NCBI GenBank assembly: GCA_015478645.1
Contig: JADMIL010000002.1
Location: 74,523 to 138,522, forward strand
Length of the DNA: 64,000 nucleotides
Reading direction: 5' to 3'
Source: Candidatus Binataceae bacterium
GTDB taxonomy: Bacteria; Desulfobacterota; Binatia; Binatales; Binataceae
The notes beneath the pieces are model-generated. The model saw only the letters and a program-made list of their open reading frames with translations, was not told the origin of the DNA and ran no database searches. Positions 29,848 to 39,359 of the stretch are shown one piece after another; position 1 is the first letter of the stretch; the number at the start of each line of letters is the position of its first letter. The translations under genes and the position numbers were made by a program.

Positions 29848-31035
29848 ATGGACGCCAAAGCCGGAGCACGCGAACGGTTCGCCAGCGCCGAACCCGGACT
29901 GATCGCCTTGAGCCATCGGATTCATGCGTTTCCGGAACTCGGCTTCGAGGAGGAGCGCGCCGCGCAATGGCTGTGCGAGACCATGGCCGACGCCGGCTTC
30001 ACGGTCGATCGCGGCGTATGCGGGATGCCGACGGCGTTCATTGCGCGTGCCGGTTCGGGTCCGCTGCATCTGGCGATCTGCGCCGAGTACGATTGCCTGC
30101 CGGGGATCGGGCACGCCTGCGGCCATAACGTGATCGCGGCGCTGGGCGCGGGCGCCGCGATGGCGATCGCCAAGGTTGCCGACGAGGCCGGGCTGACGAT
30201 CAGTCTGTTTGGCACGCCCGCCGAGGAGCTGTGCAACGGCGGCGGCAAAATCCTGCTGCTCGAGGGCGGCGCGTTCGCCGGGATTCACGCGGCCATGATG
30301 GTTCATCCGGCGCCGATCGACATGGCCGCGCCGACCATGATCGCCGCCGCGATGTTCGACGTGCATTACACCGGTAAGGAGGCGCACGCCTCGGCCTTTC
30401 CCGAACTGGGGATCAACGCGGCCGACGCGCTGACCGTGGCGCAGACCTCAATCGGCTTGCTGCGCCAGCATATCCGCGATTCGGATCGCATCCACGGCAT
30501 CGTGACCAAGGGCGGCGAAGCGGCCAATATCGTGCCGGCGCATACCGCCGCGCGCTACATGGTGCGCGCGCAGACCCTCGGTCTGCTCGACGATCTGCTG
30601 CCGCGGGTGCATCGATGCCTCGAGGCCGGGGCGATCGCGACCGGCTGCACATACGAAATCGTTGGCGGCGACAAGCCCTACGCCGAGATGCGCCACGATC
30701 GCGCGATCGCCTCGCTCTACCGGCGCAACGCGATTGCGCTCGGCCGCAGCTTCGTCGATCCCGATCCTACCGAACCGCATCGCGGCGGAGCGCCACGCGT
30801 GATAGGCGCGGGATCGACCGATATGGGCAACGTCTCGCTCAAGGTGCCGGCGATCCATCCGCTAATCGGGATCAATTCGATTCCGGCCGTGAATCATCAG
30901 CCGGAGTTCACCGCGCGTTGCGCGACGCCCGACGCCGACCGCGCGATTGCCGACGGGGCGATCGCGATGGCGTGGACGGCGATCGATATCGCGGGCGACG
31001 AGGCATTGCGCAAGCGCCTGATGAGCGACGGGTGA
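29848..31035 (+). CDS. M20 family amidohydrolase/peptidase
   Basis: PELGFEE, AEYDCLPGIGHACGHN, GTPAEE, GSTDMGNVS. Confidence 0.92.
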   Translation: MDAKAGARERFASAEPGLIALSHRIHAFPELGFEEERAAQWLCETMADAGFTVDRGVCGMPTAFIARAGSGPLHLAICAEYDCLPGIGHACGHNVIAALGAGAAMAIAKVADEAGLTISLFGTPAEELCNGGGKILLLEGGAFAGIHAAMMVHPAPIDMAAPTMIAAAMFDVHYTGKEAHASAFPELGINAADALTVAQTSIGLLRQHIRDSDRIHGIVTKGGEAANIVPAHTAARYMVRAQTLGLLDDLLPRVHRCLEAGAIATGCTYEIVGGDKPYAEMRHDRAIASLYRRNAIALGRSFVDPDPTEPHRGGAPRVIGAGSTDMGNVSLKVPAIHPLIGINSIPAVNHQPEFTARCATPDADRAIADGAIAMAWTAIDIAGDEALRKRLMSDG

Positions 31036-31082
31036 AACGCGGCGCGGCTGCCCCGGCGTCGCCGCGCGCGAACTGAAATGAG

Positions 31083-31373
31083 CTACTTGCTCATTGGCGA
31101 AGCGGTCGCCGCGGGTGCGGCCATGATCGCGGAAGCTTTGCCCTTGCTGGTGGTCTCCGCCGCTTTCTTCTTGCATCGATAGACGCTGGAGGTCGAGATG
31201 CTCAGGTCGGCGGCGATGACCTTGGTCTTTTTGCCGGCTTGGACTTCCGCCATGACCTTGGCGCAATCGACGCGCTTGCCGGCCGTCGCCCACACGCTGC
31301 CCGGACGGAATCCGCCGGCCGCCGCAAACGTCAGGGCTATCAGCGCAATCACCAGGAATAATCTTTTCAGCAT
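31083..31373 (-). CDS. small exported protein with HTH-like core
   Basis: Signal peptide MLKRLFLVIALIALTFAAAG...SVWA, then C-AKVMAEVQAGKKTKVIAADLSISTSSVYR-C. Confidence 0.7.
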   Translation of the reverse strand: MLKRLFLVIALIALTFAAAGGFRPGSVWATAGKRVDCAKVMAEVQAGKKTKVIAADLSISTSSVYRCKKKAAETTSKGKASAIMAAPAATASPMSK

Positions 31374-31471
31374 TCCGATCGCCTCCGTCCGCAATTGGCG
31401 CAATGCCTAACAAAAAGTGTTTCAGAATTCAACAAAACTAAAGATCGCCAATAAGCGCGGAATAGCAACCG

Positions 31472-32491
31472 CTAAAATTCGAGCATCACCTTGGTCTGCC
31501 GGGTCGGATGCTGTAACGCGTCAAACGCGCGCGGCAGGTCGGCCAGGCCGACCGTATGGGTGATCAGGGGATCGGTCGTGATGCGGCCCGAGGCCAGCAC
31601 GGCGATTGCGGTTTCGACTTCGCCCGGCTCGAGGCCGAGGCTGAAATTGACCTCGAGCTCCTTGCTCATCGCAAGGCCGGGCGGAAAGCCGTCGTCCTCC
31701 ATCGAGACGCCGAGGATTGTGATGCGTCCGCCGCGCGGTGCGAAGGTTATCGCCTGGGCCATCGTGCCCGGCTCGCCGATACACTCGAAGATCACGTCGG
31801 GTCCGGCGCCGGTCAGCCGGGACAGCGCCTGCGCCGGGTTGTGCATCCGCGGATCGACGGCCGCGTCGGCGCCGAGCTTGAGCGCGAGTTCGCGGCGGTC
31901 GAGCAGGAATTCCGCAACCACGATCGCCCGCGCGCCGGCAAAGCGCGCCCACAGCAGCGTCATCAGGCCGATCGGACCCGCGCCCATGATCACGCAGCTT
32001 TGGCCCGCGGTGAAGCGCGCGCGGCGCAGCCCGTGCAGTCCGACGACCAGCGGCTCGACCGTCGCGCCGGCGCGAAAGCTCATCCCGGGCGGCATCTTGA
32101 AGACGCTGCCGGGACGGGTCTTGATCAGCTCGGCGTAGCCGCCGGGAACCTCGCCGAAGCCCACCAGTTGCTTCGCGGTGCAGGTAACGGCCGCCGCCGT
32201 GCGGCACTTGGCGCAGGCGCCGCATGCCAGGTAGGACATCACGACCACCGGGTCGCCCGGCGCGAAGCCGCTCACGCCGTCGCCGATCTGTTCGACCGTG
32301 CCGGACAGTTCGTGGCCCATGATCGTCCCGGGCGGCATCTGGACGGTTTGCGCGGACGCGGCGTGCAGGTCGGAGCCGCAGATGCCGCAGTTGCGCACGC
32401 GCACGACGATTTCACCAGGAGCGGCGATCGGATCAGGTATATCGGCGATTTCGAGCGGCGCGCCGGTCGCCTTGAATACACATGCTTTCAT
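31472..32491 (-). CDS. Zn-dependent alcohol dehydrogenase (MDR)
   Basis: GICGSDLH, GHE, CGACAKC..C, GAGPIG. Confidence 0.92.
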   Translation of the reverse strand: MKACVFKATGAPLEIADIPDPIAAPGEIVVRVRNCGICGSDLHAASAQTVQMPPGTIMGHELSGTVEQIGDGVSGFAPGDPVVVMSYLACGACAKCRTAAAVTCTAKQLVGFGEVPGGYAELIKTRPGSVFKMPPGMSFRAGATVEPLVVGLHGLRRARFTAGQSCVIMGAGPIGLMTLLWARFAGARAIVVAEFLLDRRELALKLGADAAVDPRMHNPAQALSRLTGAGPDVIFECIGEPGTMAQAITFAPRGGRITILGVSMEDDGFPPGLAMSKELEVNFSLGLEPGEVETAIAVLASGRITTDPLITHTVGLADLPRAFDALQHPTRQTKVMLEF

Positions 32492-32670
32492 AATGGTCCG
32501 GCGAGCATAGCGAAATTCCGCGCAGGGTGCGCGCGGCGCGCCGGGCCGCGGAATGCGCGCGATGGGGCATCAGGTGCGAGGCGAAATCGCAATGCGCCAG
32601 CCGCGGACCGGCGGGACGGCGGCGCATGCGCCATCGTCCCGCCGGTCGCGAAGATCCGCCCGCGGCGCGG

Positions 32671-33471
32671 CTATTTCTTGAGATGGGGAAACTGCGGCGG
32701 ACGCTTTTCCTGCAGCGCGCCCACGCCCTCGGCCAGGTCGGCGCTGAAAAAACCCAGCATCTCGAAGGCCAGCGACGCGTCGAAATGCGGTCCGAAGGTC
32801 TTGAGCCAGTTGTTGAGCGCGCGCTTGGTGAAGCGCGCCGCCTGCTGCGGACCGCGCGCCACCTTGCGCGCGACCTCGAACGCCTTGTCCATCAACTGGT
32901 CGGCCGGCACGCACAGGCTCACCAGGCCGATGCGCTCGGCCTCCTTGCCGTCGATAAAGTCCGCCGTGATCAGGTAGTACTTGGCCTTCGCCATTCCGCA
33001 CAGCAGCGGCCACAGGATGACCGCGTGGTCGCCGGCCGCGACGCCCAGGCGCAGATGGCCGTCGGTGATGCGCATCGTTTCGGAGGCGATCGTGATGTCG
33101 GCCATGAAGGCGACCGCCAGTCCAGCGCCGACCGCGACGCCGTTGATCGCCGAGATGATGACCTTTTCACAATTGATCAAGTTGTAGACAATATCGCCCG
33201 CCTCGCGCATCGCCTGCGAGATATTGGCGTGATTGCCCTTCATCGTCTCGATCATCGAGAGGTCGCCGCCGGCCGAAAACGCGCGGCCCTTGCCGGTGAT
33301 GATGACGACGTTGGTCTCGGGGTCGTCGTCGACGTCCTTCCAGACCCGGCTCAGCTCCCAGTGGAGGCGGGCGTTGGTCGCGTTGAGCACGTCGGGGCGG
33401 TTAATCGTGATCAGCAGGATGCCGTCGTCGTGACGCTCGAAAGTGAGAAACTGGTATTCGTCGTAATTCAT
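32671..33471 (-). CDS. enoyl-CoA hydratase/isomerase (crotonase) family
   Basis: ITINRPDVLNA, GRAFSAGGD, ISAINGVAVGAG, AERIGLV; GGAG precedes ATG 33471. Confidence 0.92.
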   Translation of the reverse strand: MNYDEYQFLTFERHDDGILLITINRPDVLNATNARLHWELSRVWKDVDDDPETNVVIITGKGRAFSAGGDLSMIETMKGNHANISQAMREAGDIVYNLINCEKVIISAINGVAVGAGLAVAFMADITIASETMRITDGHLRLGVAAGDHAVILWPLLCGMAKAKYYLITADFIDGKEAERIGLVSLCVPADQLMDKAFEVARKVARGPQQAARFTKRALNNWLKTFGPHFDASLAFEMLGFFSADLAEGVGALQEKRPPQFPHLKK

Positions 33472-33662
33472 CGGCCTGTTCTCTCCGGGAGACGGTGCGA
33501 AAATTGCGGCGCCGGCCGCGCCGATGCCGCGCACATCGCCGATTCATAGCGCACCAGGCGCCCCGCGTGAAATCGCGGCGATCACGCGCCACCTGCCGAT
33601 GCGCACAAATATGCCTGCGGGCGGGGCCGGCGCCGCCCGCTCGAGGCTGCGCCGTCCCGTCG

Positions 33663-33780
33663 CTAGGGAGCCTCTGCACCAGGCTCTGCTGTCACCCTGA
33701 GCGCAGCGCATGGGTCCCGGATCCGGGATTCTTCGCTGCGCTCAGAATGACAACCTAACTTGCGCAGAGGTTCCCTCTAG
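33663..33780 (-). mobile_element. MITE-like repeat, copy 2
   Basis: CTAG-GGAGCCTCTGCAC ... GCGCAGAGGTTCC-CTCTAG; same internal palindrome as the other copies. Confidence 0.85.
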
Positions 33781-33792
33781 GAGCCTTGTTGG

Positions 33793-34722
33793 TTACTTCG
33801 CCGCGGCTTTGGCGTAGATGTCCATGACCTTGTTGAGCAGGGCGATCGCCTCGGGCTTGGGCCGCTGGAACGAATTGCGCCCGATGATCGATCCGAAGCC
33901 GCCGCCCTGCGCGATGCCGTTGATGCCTTCGAGCAGCGACTCGTCGCCCTCCTTGGGACCGCCCGAGAAGATCACGATACGCCGTCCGTCGAAGCAGCTT
34001 TGCACCACGTGGCGCACGCGCTCGGCCAGCGGCTCGAGCGGGATGCGCTGGGCTTCGTAAACTTTCTTGGCCTCGGCCAGTTCGAGATGCGGCGTCGGCA
34101 GCTTGACCTTGACGATATGCGCGCCAAGCTGGGCCGCGATCTGCGCCGCGTAGGCGACCACGTCGAGCGCGGTTTCGCCCGCCTTGCTCAGGCTCGAGCC
34201 GCGCGGATAGGACCAGACGACCACCGCGAGGCCGCTGGATTTGGCTTCCTCGGCGATTTCGCGCAACTGCTCGTACATCGCGCGCCGTTCCGCCGAGCCG
34301 GGATAGATGGTGAAGCCGACCGCTGAGCATCCCAGGCGCAAGGCGTCCTTGACGCTGCCGGTGACGGCCGAGATGGGATCCTTCTCGTCGAACAGCAGGT
34401 CGTGATTGTTGAGCTTGAGGATGAGCGGGATTTCGCCGGCGAACTCGGCCGCGCCCGCTTCGAGAAAGCCCAGCGGCGCGGCGTAGCCGTTGCATCCGGC
34501 GTCGATCGCCAACTGAAAGTGATAGAGCGGATTGTAGGCCGGCGGATTGACGGCAAAGCTGCGCGCCGGGCCGTGCTCGAAGCCCTGGTCGACCGGCAGT
34601 ATGACGAGCTTGCCGGTGCCGCCGAGCCGTCCATGATTGAGAAAGCGCGCCAGGTTGGTGCGCACGCCGACGTTTTCGGATTCGTAATAGGAAAGAATTT
34701 CGCGGACTCGCCTGGTCATCAT
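33793..34722 (-). CDS. fbaB: class I fructose-bisphosphate aldolase (DhnA type)
   Basis: LPVDQGFEHGP, AVGFTIYPGS, VVWSYPRG, AAQLGAHIVKVK, IFSGG, GRNSFQR. Confidence 0.92.
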   Translation of the reverse strand: MMTRRVREILSYYESENVGVRTNLARFLNHGRLGGTGKLVILPVDQGFEHGPARSFAVNPPAYNPLYHFQLAIDAGCNGYAAPLGFLEAGAAEFAGEIPLILKLNNHDLLFDEKDPISAVTGSVKDALRLGCSAVGFTIYPGSAERRAMYEQLREIAEEAKSSGLAVVVWSYPRGSSLSKAGETALDVVAYAAQIAAQLGAHIVKVKLPTPHLELAEAKKVYEAQRIPLEPLAERVRHVVQSCFDGRRIVIFSGGPKEGDESLLEGINGIAQGGGFGSIIGRNSFQRPKPEAIALLNKVMDIYAKAAAK

Positions 34723-34788
34723 GGGACTTAATTTTCTCCTCGTTTCGCGAGTATCTGCGCGCAATATAGGCGCGGTGTATGCGATTAG

Positions 34789-35775
34789 CTAGAGCATCGC
34801 GGCGCCCGCCCAGGCGGCCCCGAGCAGCGCGGCCGACGGATTGAGCGACACCTGGATTCCGATCCGTTCGAGCGTCGGGCGAAGCCGTCCCTTGTCGAGG
34901 AAGGCCGCGACGAATTCGCGGCGGCGCAGAAACGGCAGGATCTTGGGCGCGATTCCGCCGCACAGGTAGACGCCGCCCAGCGCCAGATATTTGAGCGCGA
35001 GGTTCGCCGCTTCGGCCGCATAGATCAAGGTAAACAGCTCGAGCGCGTGAACGCAGCGCGGGTCGCTCCCGTCGATCGCGCATTCGCCGATCACCGCCGA
35101 CGGATCCTCGGCCGCCATCCGCGCGGTGAGCCACGCGGCCTCGGCGCGCGGGGCCGAGCCCGCGAGGAAGCGGTAGATATTGTGCAGGCCGGGGCCCGAC
35201 AGCACGCGCTCGAAGCTGACGTGGCCGAACTCGCGCGCAAGGAAATCGAGCAGCGCGCGCTGCTCGTCGCCGCGCGGCGCGAAGTCGCAATGACCGCCTT
35301 CGCTGGCCACCGCAAGGTCGCCGCCGGGCACCGCGATCAGTGCCGCCTCGCCGAGTCCGGTGCCCGCCGCGATCACCGCAAGATTGGCGCGCGCGGCGCG
35401 CTGCTCGCCGGCTTGCAGAGTCTCGAGGTCGGCCGGCCCCAGATGCGCGAGACCATAGGCGGTCGCCTCGAGGTCGTTCATCAGGCGGGTCGGCACGCCG
35501 CCCAGCGCGCGGCCGATCGCGTCGCAGGCGATGCTCCACGGCACGTTGGTGGCGTGGCTCACGCCGTCGATCACCGGACCGGGCACGCCGAAGCAGGCGG
35601 CGTCGGGCCGCTCATTGGCGGCGAGAAAAGTCGCGCAGGCCTGTTCGAGTCCCGGAAATTCGCTGGTCGGAAAAATCCGGTCGCGGACCGGCGCGAGGCC
35701 GCCGGCCGCGGCGCGGTAGAGTCCAAGATGGGTCTTGGTGCCGCCGATATCACCCGCCAGGATTACGCCCGCCAT
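34789..35775 (-). CDS. glk: glucokinase
   Basis: LAGDIGGTKT, FGVPGPV, LMNDLEA, AGTGLGEA, SEGGH, ERVLSGPGL, GVYLCGGIAPK. Confidence 0.95.
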   Translation of the reverse strand: MAGVILAGDIGGTKTHLGLYRAAAGGLAPVRDRIFPTSEFPGLEQACATFLAANERPDAACFGVPGPVIDGVSHATNVPWSIACDAIGRALGGVPTRLMNDLEATAYGLAHLGPADLETLQAGEQRAARANLAVIAAGTGLGEAALIAVPGGDLAVASEGGHCDFAPRGDEQRALLDFLAREFGHVSFERVLSGPGLHNIYRFLAGSAPRAEAAWLTARMAAEDPSAVIGECAIDGSDPRCVHALELFTLIYAAEAANLALKYLALGGVYLCGGIAPKILPFLRRREFVAAFLDKGRLRPTLERIGIQVSLNPSAALLGAAWAGAAML

Positions 35776-35880
35776 CGCTTCGGCTCCGGTTGTTCAATCC
35801 GCTGCTTCACTGATCCATGGTACCCCGTGGGCCGGATGGCGAAAGAGGCGCGCGGCGGCGGCTGACGCCGCGACCGCCCG

Positions 35881-37425
35881 TTACAGCGAGCGCCAGGCGC
35901 GGCCGTCGCGCGCGATCAGCAGCGCCGATTCGGTCGGACCCCACGAGCCGGCCGCATAGGGAAACGGATCGGCGCCCGACTGATCCCAGACGTCGAGAAT
36001 CACCTGCACGAAGCGCCACGCCGCCTCGACCGTGTCGCGCCGCATGAAGAGCGTCTGGTCGCCGACGATCACGTCGCTCAGCAGCGTTTCGTAGGCCTCG
36101 GGCGACGCGGTCTTGTAATGGAAGTCGACATTGACCGGATTGAGCCGCAGCGTCTGGCCCGGTACTTTGGAGATGATATTGAGCGCGAGCCCCTCGTCGG
36201 GCTGGATGCGAATCAGGAGCATATTGGGCGAGAGCGCCGGTGCGGGCCGCGAATTGTAGAGCACGCGCGGCACGTGCTTGAAGTAGATCGCGATCTCGCT
36301 GGCGCGCTTGGGCAGGCGCTTGCCGGTGCGCAGGTAAAAGGGCACGCCGGCCCACCGCCAGTTTTCGATATAGCACTTGAGCGCGACGAAGGTTTCGATC
36401 TTCGAGTCGGGCCGGATGTGCTCCTCGCTCAGGTAGCCGCGCGCCTTCTCGCCGCCGCACAGTCCCTCTTCGTACTGGCCGCGCACGGCGACGCGATCGA
36501 TGTCCGAGGGCTCGTAAGGGCGCAGCGATCGGATCACGTCGAGCTTGGAATCGCGCACCGCGTCGGGATGGATCGATCGGGGCGGCTCCGACGCGATCAT
36601 GCAGAGCACTTGCAGCAGATGGCTCTGGACCATGTCGCGCAGGGCCCCGGCCTTGTCGTAATAGGCCGCGCGCGTGCCGACGCCCTCTTGTTCGGCGACG
36701 GTGATCTGCACATGGTCGATATAGCGCGCGCTCCAGATCGGCTCGAAGATGGCGTTGGCGAAGCGCAGGACCATCAGGTTTTCGACCGTCTCCTTGCCCA
36801 GGTAATGGTCGATGCGGAAGATCTGGCTCTCGTCGAAGTAGCGCGCCAGTTCACTGTTGATCTCGACCGCGCTGGCGAGGTCGTGGCCGATCGGCTTTTC
36901 CACCACCACGCGGGTGAAGCCCTTGTCCGAGCCGGGCGGATTGACCAATCCGCCGGCGGTGAGGCCCGAGGCGCAGCGGTCGATGAAGCCGGGCGGAATA
37001 GCGAAGTAAAAGACCCGGTTGCCCGCGCTGCCGACCGCTTGATCCAGCTCTTCGAGCCGCGTCCGCAGCCGCTGATAGTCGCCCGCCTCGGTAAAACTGC
37101 CCGTTACGAAATGGAGCATCGGGGCAAACCTGTTCCAAACCTCCTCGCGCAGCTTCTGGCGCGAGAATTCCTCGATCCCGCTGCGCGCGAAGGCGCGGTA
37201 GGCATCGTCGTCGAGGGTCTCCATCGAGAAACCGACGATGGCGAATTTTTTCGGCAACTCCTCATCGACCATCAGATTGTAGAGCGCGGGCAGGAGCTTG
37301 CGATGGCTCAAGTCGCCGGCGCCGCCAAAGATCACCACGATACAGGGGACTTCGAGCGACTTCGGATGGAGCGCCGAGAGGACGTGAGGCGGCGGCAAAA
37401 TGCGATTGTTGTGCGGATCAGACAT
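35881..37425 (-). CDS. zwf: glucose-6-phosphate 1-dehydrogenase
   Basis: IFGGAGDLSHRKLLPAL, VEKPIG, RIDHYLGKE, RDMVQSHL, RWAGVPFYLRTGK. Confidence 0.97.
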   Translation of the reverse strand: MSDPHNNRILPPPHVLSALHPKSLEVPCIVVIFGGAGDLSHRKLLPALYNLMVDEELPKKFAIVGFSMETLDDDAYRAFARSGIEEFSRQKLREEVWNRFAPMLHFVTGSFTEAGDYQRLRTRLEELDQAVGSAGNRVFYFAIPPGFIDRCASGLTAGGLVNPPGSDKGFTRVVVEKPIGHDLASAVEINSELARYFDESQIFRIDHYLGKETVENLMVLRFANAIFEPIWSARYIDHVQITVAEQEGVGTRAAYYDKAGALRDMVQSHLLQVLCMIASEPPRSIHPDAVRDSKLDVIRSLRPYEPSDIDRVAVRGQYEEGLCGGEKARGYLSEEHIRPDSKIETFVALKCYIENWRWAGVPFYLRTGKRLPKRASEIAIYFKHVPRVLYNSRPAPALSPNMLLIRIQPDEGLALNIISKVPGQTLRLNPVNVDFHYKTASPEAYETLLSDVIVGDQTLFMRRDTVEAAWRFVQVILDVWDQSGADPFPYAAGSWGPTESALLIARDGRAWRSL

Positions 37426-37613
37426 CGTGATTGAATTCCCAGCGAGTGGTTAAGGGGCCGCGGCGCGCACGCCGGAGTCGTCCAATGTAAGCCTGGCCCG
37501 AGCGGCCGTTCTCAAGGCTAACCGATGCGCGAAAATCACGAAAGTCACGGGCGCGCGGCCGCGCTTGCCCCGGATTTGCGTACGCCAAATCCGATTGTGC
37601 CGCCCAGGCGGGC

Positions 37614-38375
37614 CTATTGCGGCGCAATTGCGTCTTGAAGGACCAGCGTATGCAAATCTTCCTGGCGGAAAATTCCGGCGACCGCCCGGGTAATCGCGAC
37701 CGACAGAACTTCACCCGGCAGATCGTAGATCTCGGTCTCGTCGGCCGGCGCCGCATTGGCCGGTGGGGTCGGCGGATCGCTGTAGTCGGCGTCGCTCTCG
37801 CCCGACCAGAAGGGCACCGCGAAGGGCGGCTTGAAGATTTCAACCTCGAGCGTCACCTGCGCGGCCGTGAACCACGCCGGTCCGCCCTCCTGGTCGGCGC
37901 CGCGCTGCTTGACCACCCACAGGCCGGTGATCTTCGACTGCACGACGTAATCGGCGCGGCGCGCTTCGAGCGCCTGCGCGAGCGCGGCGGTCGAGGTTGA
38001 CGAGACCATCCCAGCCTCCCGCGCGGCCTGCGCGATCGCGTCGCGGAACAGCGGTCCCAACTCGGGGCCGTAAAGTTGCTGGACGGTGCGTCCGTGATGA
38101 TCCAGGACCACGCCGATCGCGGGATGGCCCTGGTAGGGGTCGTGCGCGGCGCTGCCGGCCTGCTTGAAATCGCGCACGTCGGCCGGGGTCAGGACCACGA
38201 TGCGCCGCGCGCTGGGATAGCTGTGCTGGTAGCCCTTAACCTGGAACGGGTAGTACTGCAGGGTCTGGATCGAGACCCGCGGCAACCCGAGGTTTTCATC
38301 GTTGGTCGCCGCACATCCGGCGAAGATCCACGCCAACCCCAGTCCGAGGAGGAGTGCGGCGATGCGGCGCGGCAT
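37614..38375 (-). CDS. hypothetical lipoprotein (last gene of the kinase operon)
   Basis: MPRRIAALLLGLGLAWIFAGC lipobox; 7 bp downstream of the TM-FHA gene. Confidence 0.8.
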   Translation of the reverse strand: MPRRIAALLLGLGLAWIFAGCAATNDENLGLPRVSIQTLQYYPFQVKGYQHSYPSARRIVVLTPADVRDFKQAGSAAHDPYQGHPAIGVVLDHHGRTVQQLYGPELGPLFRDAIAQAAREAGMVSSTSTAALAQALEARRADYVVQSKITGLWVVKQRGADQEGGPAWFTAAQVTLEVEIFKPPFAVPFWSGESDADYSDPPTPPANAAPADETEIYDLPGEVLSVAITRAVAGIFRQEDLHTLVLQDAIAPQ

Positions 38376-38382
38376 CGCGCGC

Positions 38383-39255
38383 TCAGCCTTGCGAGGCCTG
38401 GGACCGCTCGCGAAACAGGAACAGGGTGCCGCCGATCTCGACGCGGTCGCCGCTCTTCAGCACGCAGCGCCCACTGACCGGCGCGCGATTGACCAGCACC
38501 TGTCCACCGCCGGTCGAAGTGACGAAAAAACTCTTGCCCTCGTTGCGGATGATCGCGTGATGGGAGAGCACCGCCTGGTCGCCGAACAGGCCGATATCGC
38601 TCTCCTCGGCGCGGCCGATAAACGTCACCGGCTTGACCAGCGGATATTCGCGCCCTTCCCGCGCGTTGCGGCTCTGCGACCGCACGACCATCAGCCAGCC
38701 GCGCTTGAGCAGTTCGCTGACCAGGCCAACGAAGAAGCCGATCAGCGCGCCGATCAGGATAATCGCGATCGCGCGGCCAAAAGCCTGTGGAAAGGTCGCG
38801 GTGAGCGCCTGGTAGCAGAAGCCGCCGGCCGCGCCGCCGGTCAGCCCGCCGATCGCGCCGTTGCGCCGGCGCGCGTTGGAATGCGTCGCCCAGCCGACGC
38901 CGAGTCCGACCGCGAGGCCCAGCACGGCCCATCCGAGGATGCGGCCGTTGAAGCCGCCGAGCAGGTCGAAGGCGATTTCGCCGATCAGCAGGCCGAGCGC
39001 GCCGCCGATCGCGCCGATCAGCGCGCCGCCGCGGATCCCGCGCATCGCTTGCCGCCACTGGCCGACGCTGAGCGCTTCGATCGAGGCGAGAAACGCGCTG
39101 ATAAACATCCCCACCAGCGCGCCCAGCAGCAGGTCGCGGCCGTAGACCGAGCGGATACCCAAAAAGGGTTCCGACGCGCCCCACGCAGCGAGGCCGCCGA
39201 GTCCGCCGGCAGCGGCATAGAAGAGCAATTTTTCGCGCGAGACGTTACTGGCCAT
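38383..39255 (-). CDS. multi-TM (Gly-rich helices) protein with C-terminal FHA-like domain
   Basis: About six Gly-rich hydrophobic helices, then TFIGRAEESDIGL...HHAII...LKSGDRVEIG. Confidence 0.85.
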   Translation of the reverse strand: MASNVSREKLLFYAAAGGLGGLAAWGASEPFLGIRSVYGRDLLLGALVGMFISAFLASIEALSVGQWRQAMRGIRGGALIGAIGGALGLLIGEIAFDLLGGFNGRILGWAVLGLAVGLGVGWATHSNARRRNGAIGGLTGGAAGGFCYQALTATFPQAFGRAIAIILIGALIGFFVGLVSELLKRGWLMVVRSQSRNAREGREYPLVKPVTFIGRAEESDIGLFGDQAVLSHHAIIRNEGKSFFVTSTGGGQVLVNRAPVSGRCVLKSGDRVEIGGTLFLFRERSQASQG

Positions 39256-39359
39256 GCGCTGAAAGCATTACCTCTGCGAAGGTTCCGTTCAAGCACCCGC
39301 CCCGCGATAGCGCCACGGCCGCCGCGCGGAGCGGCGCACCGGCGTCCCGACGGAGGCGC

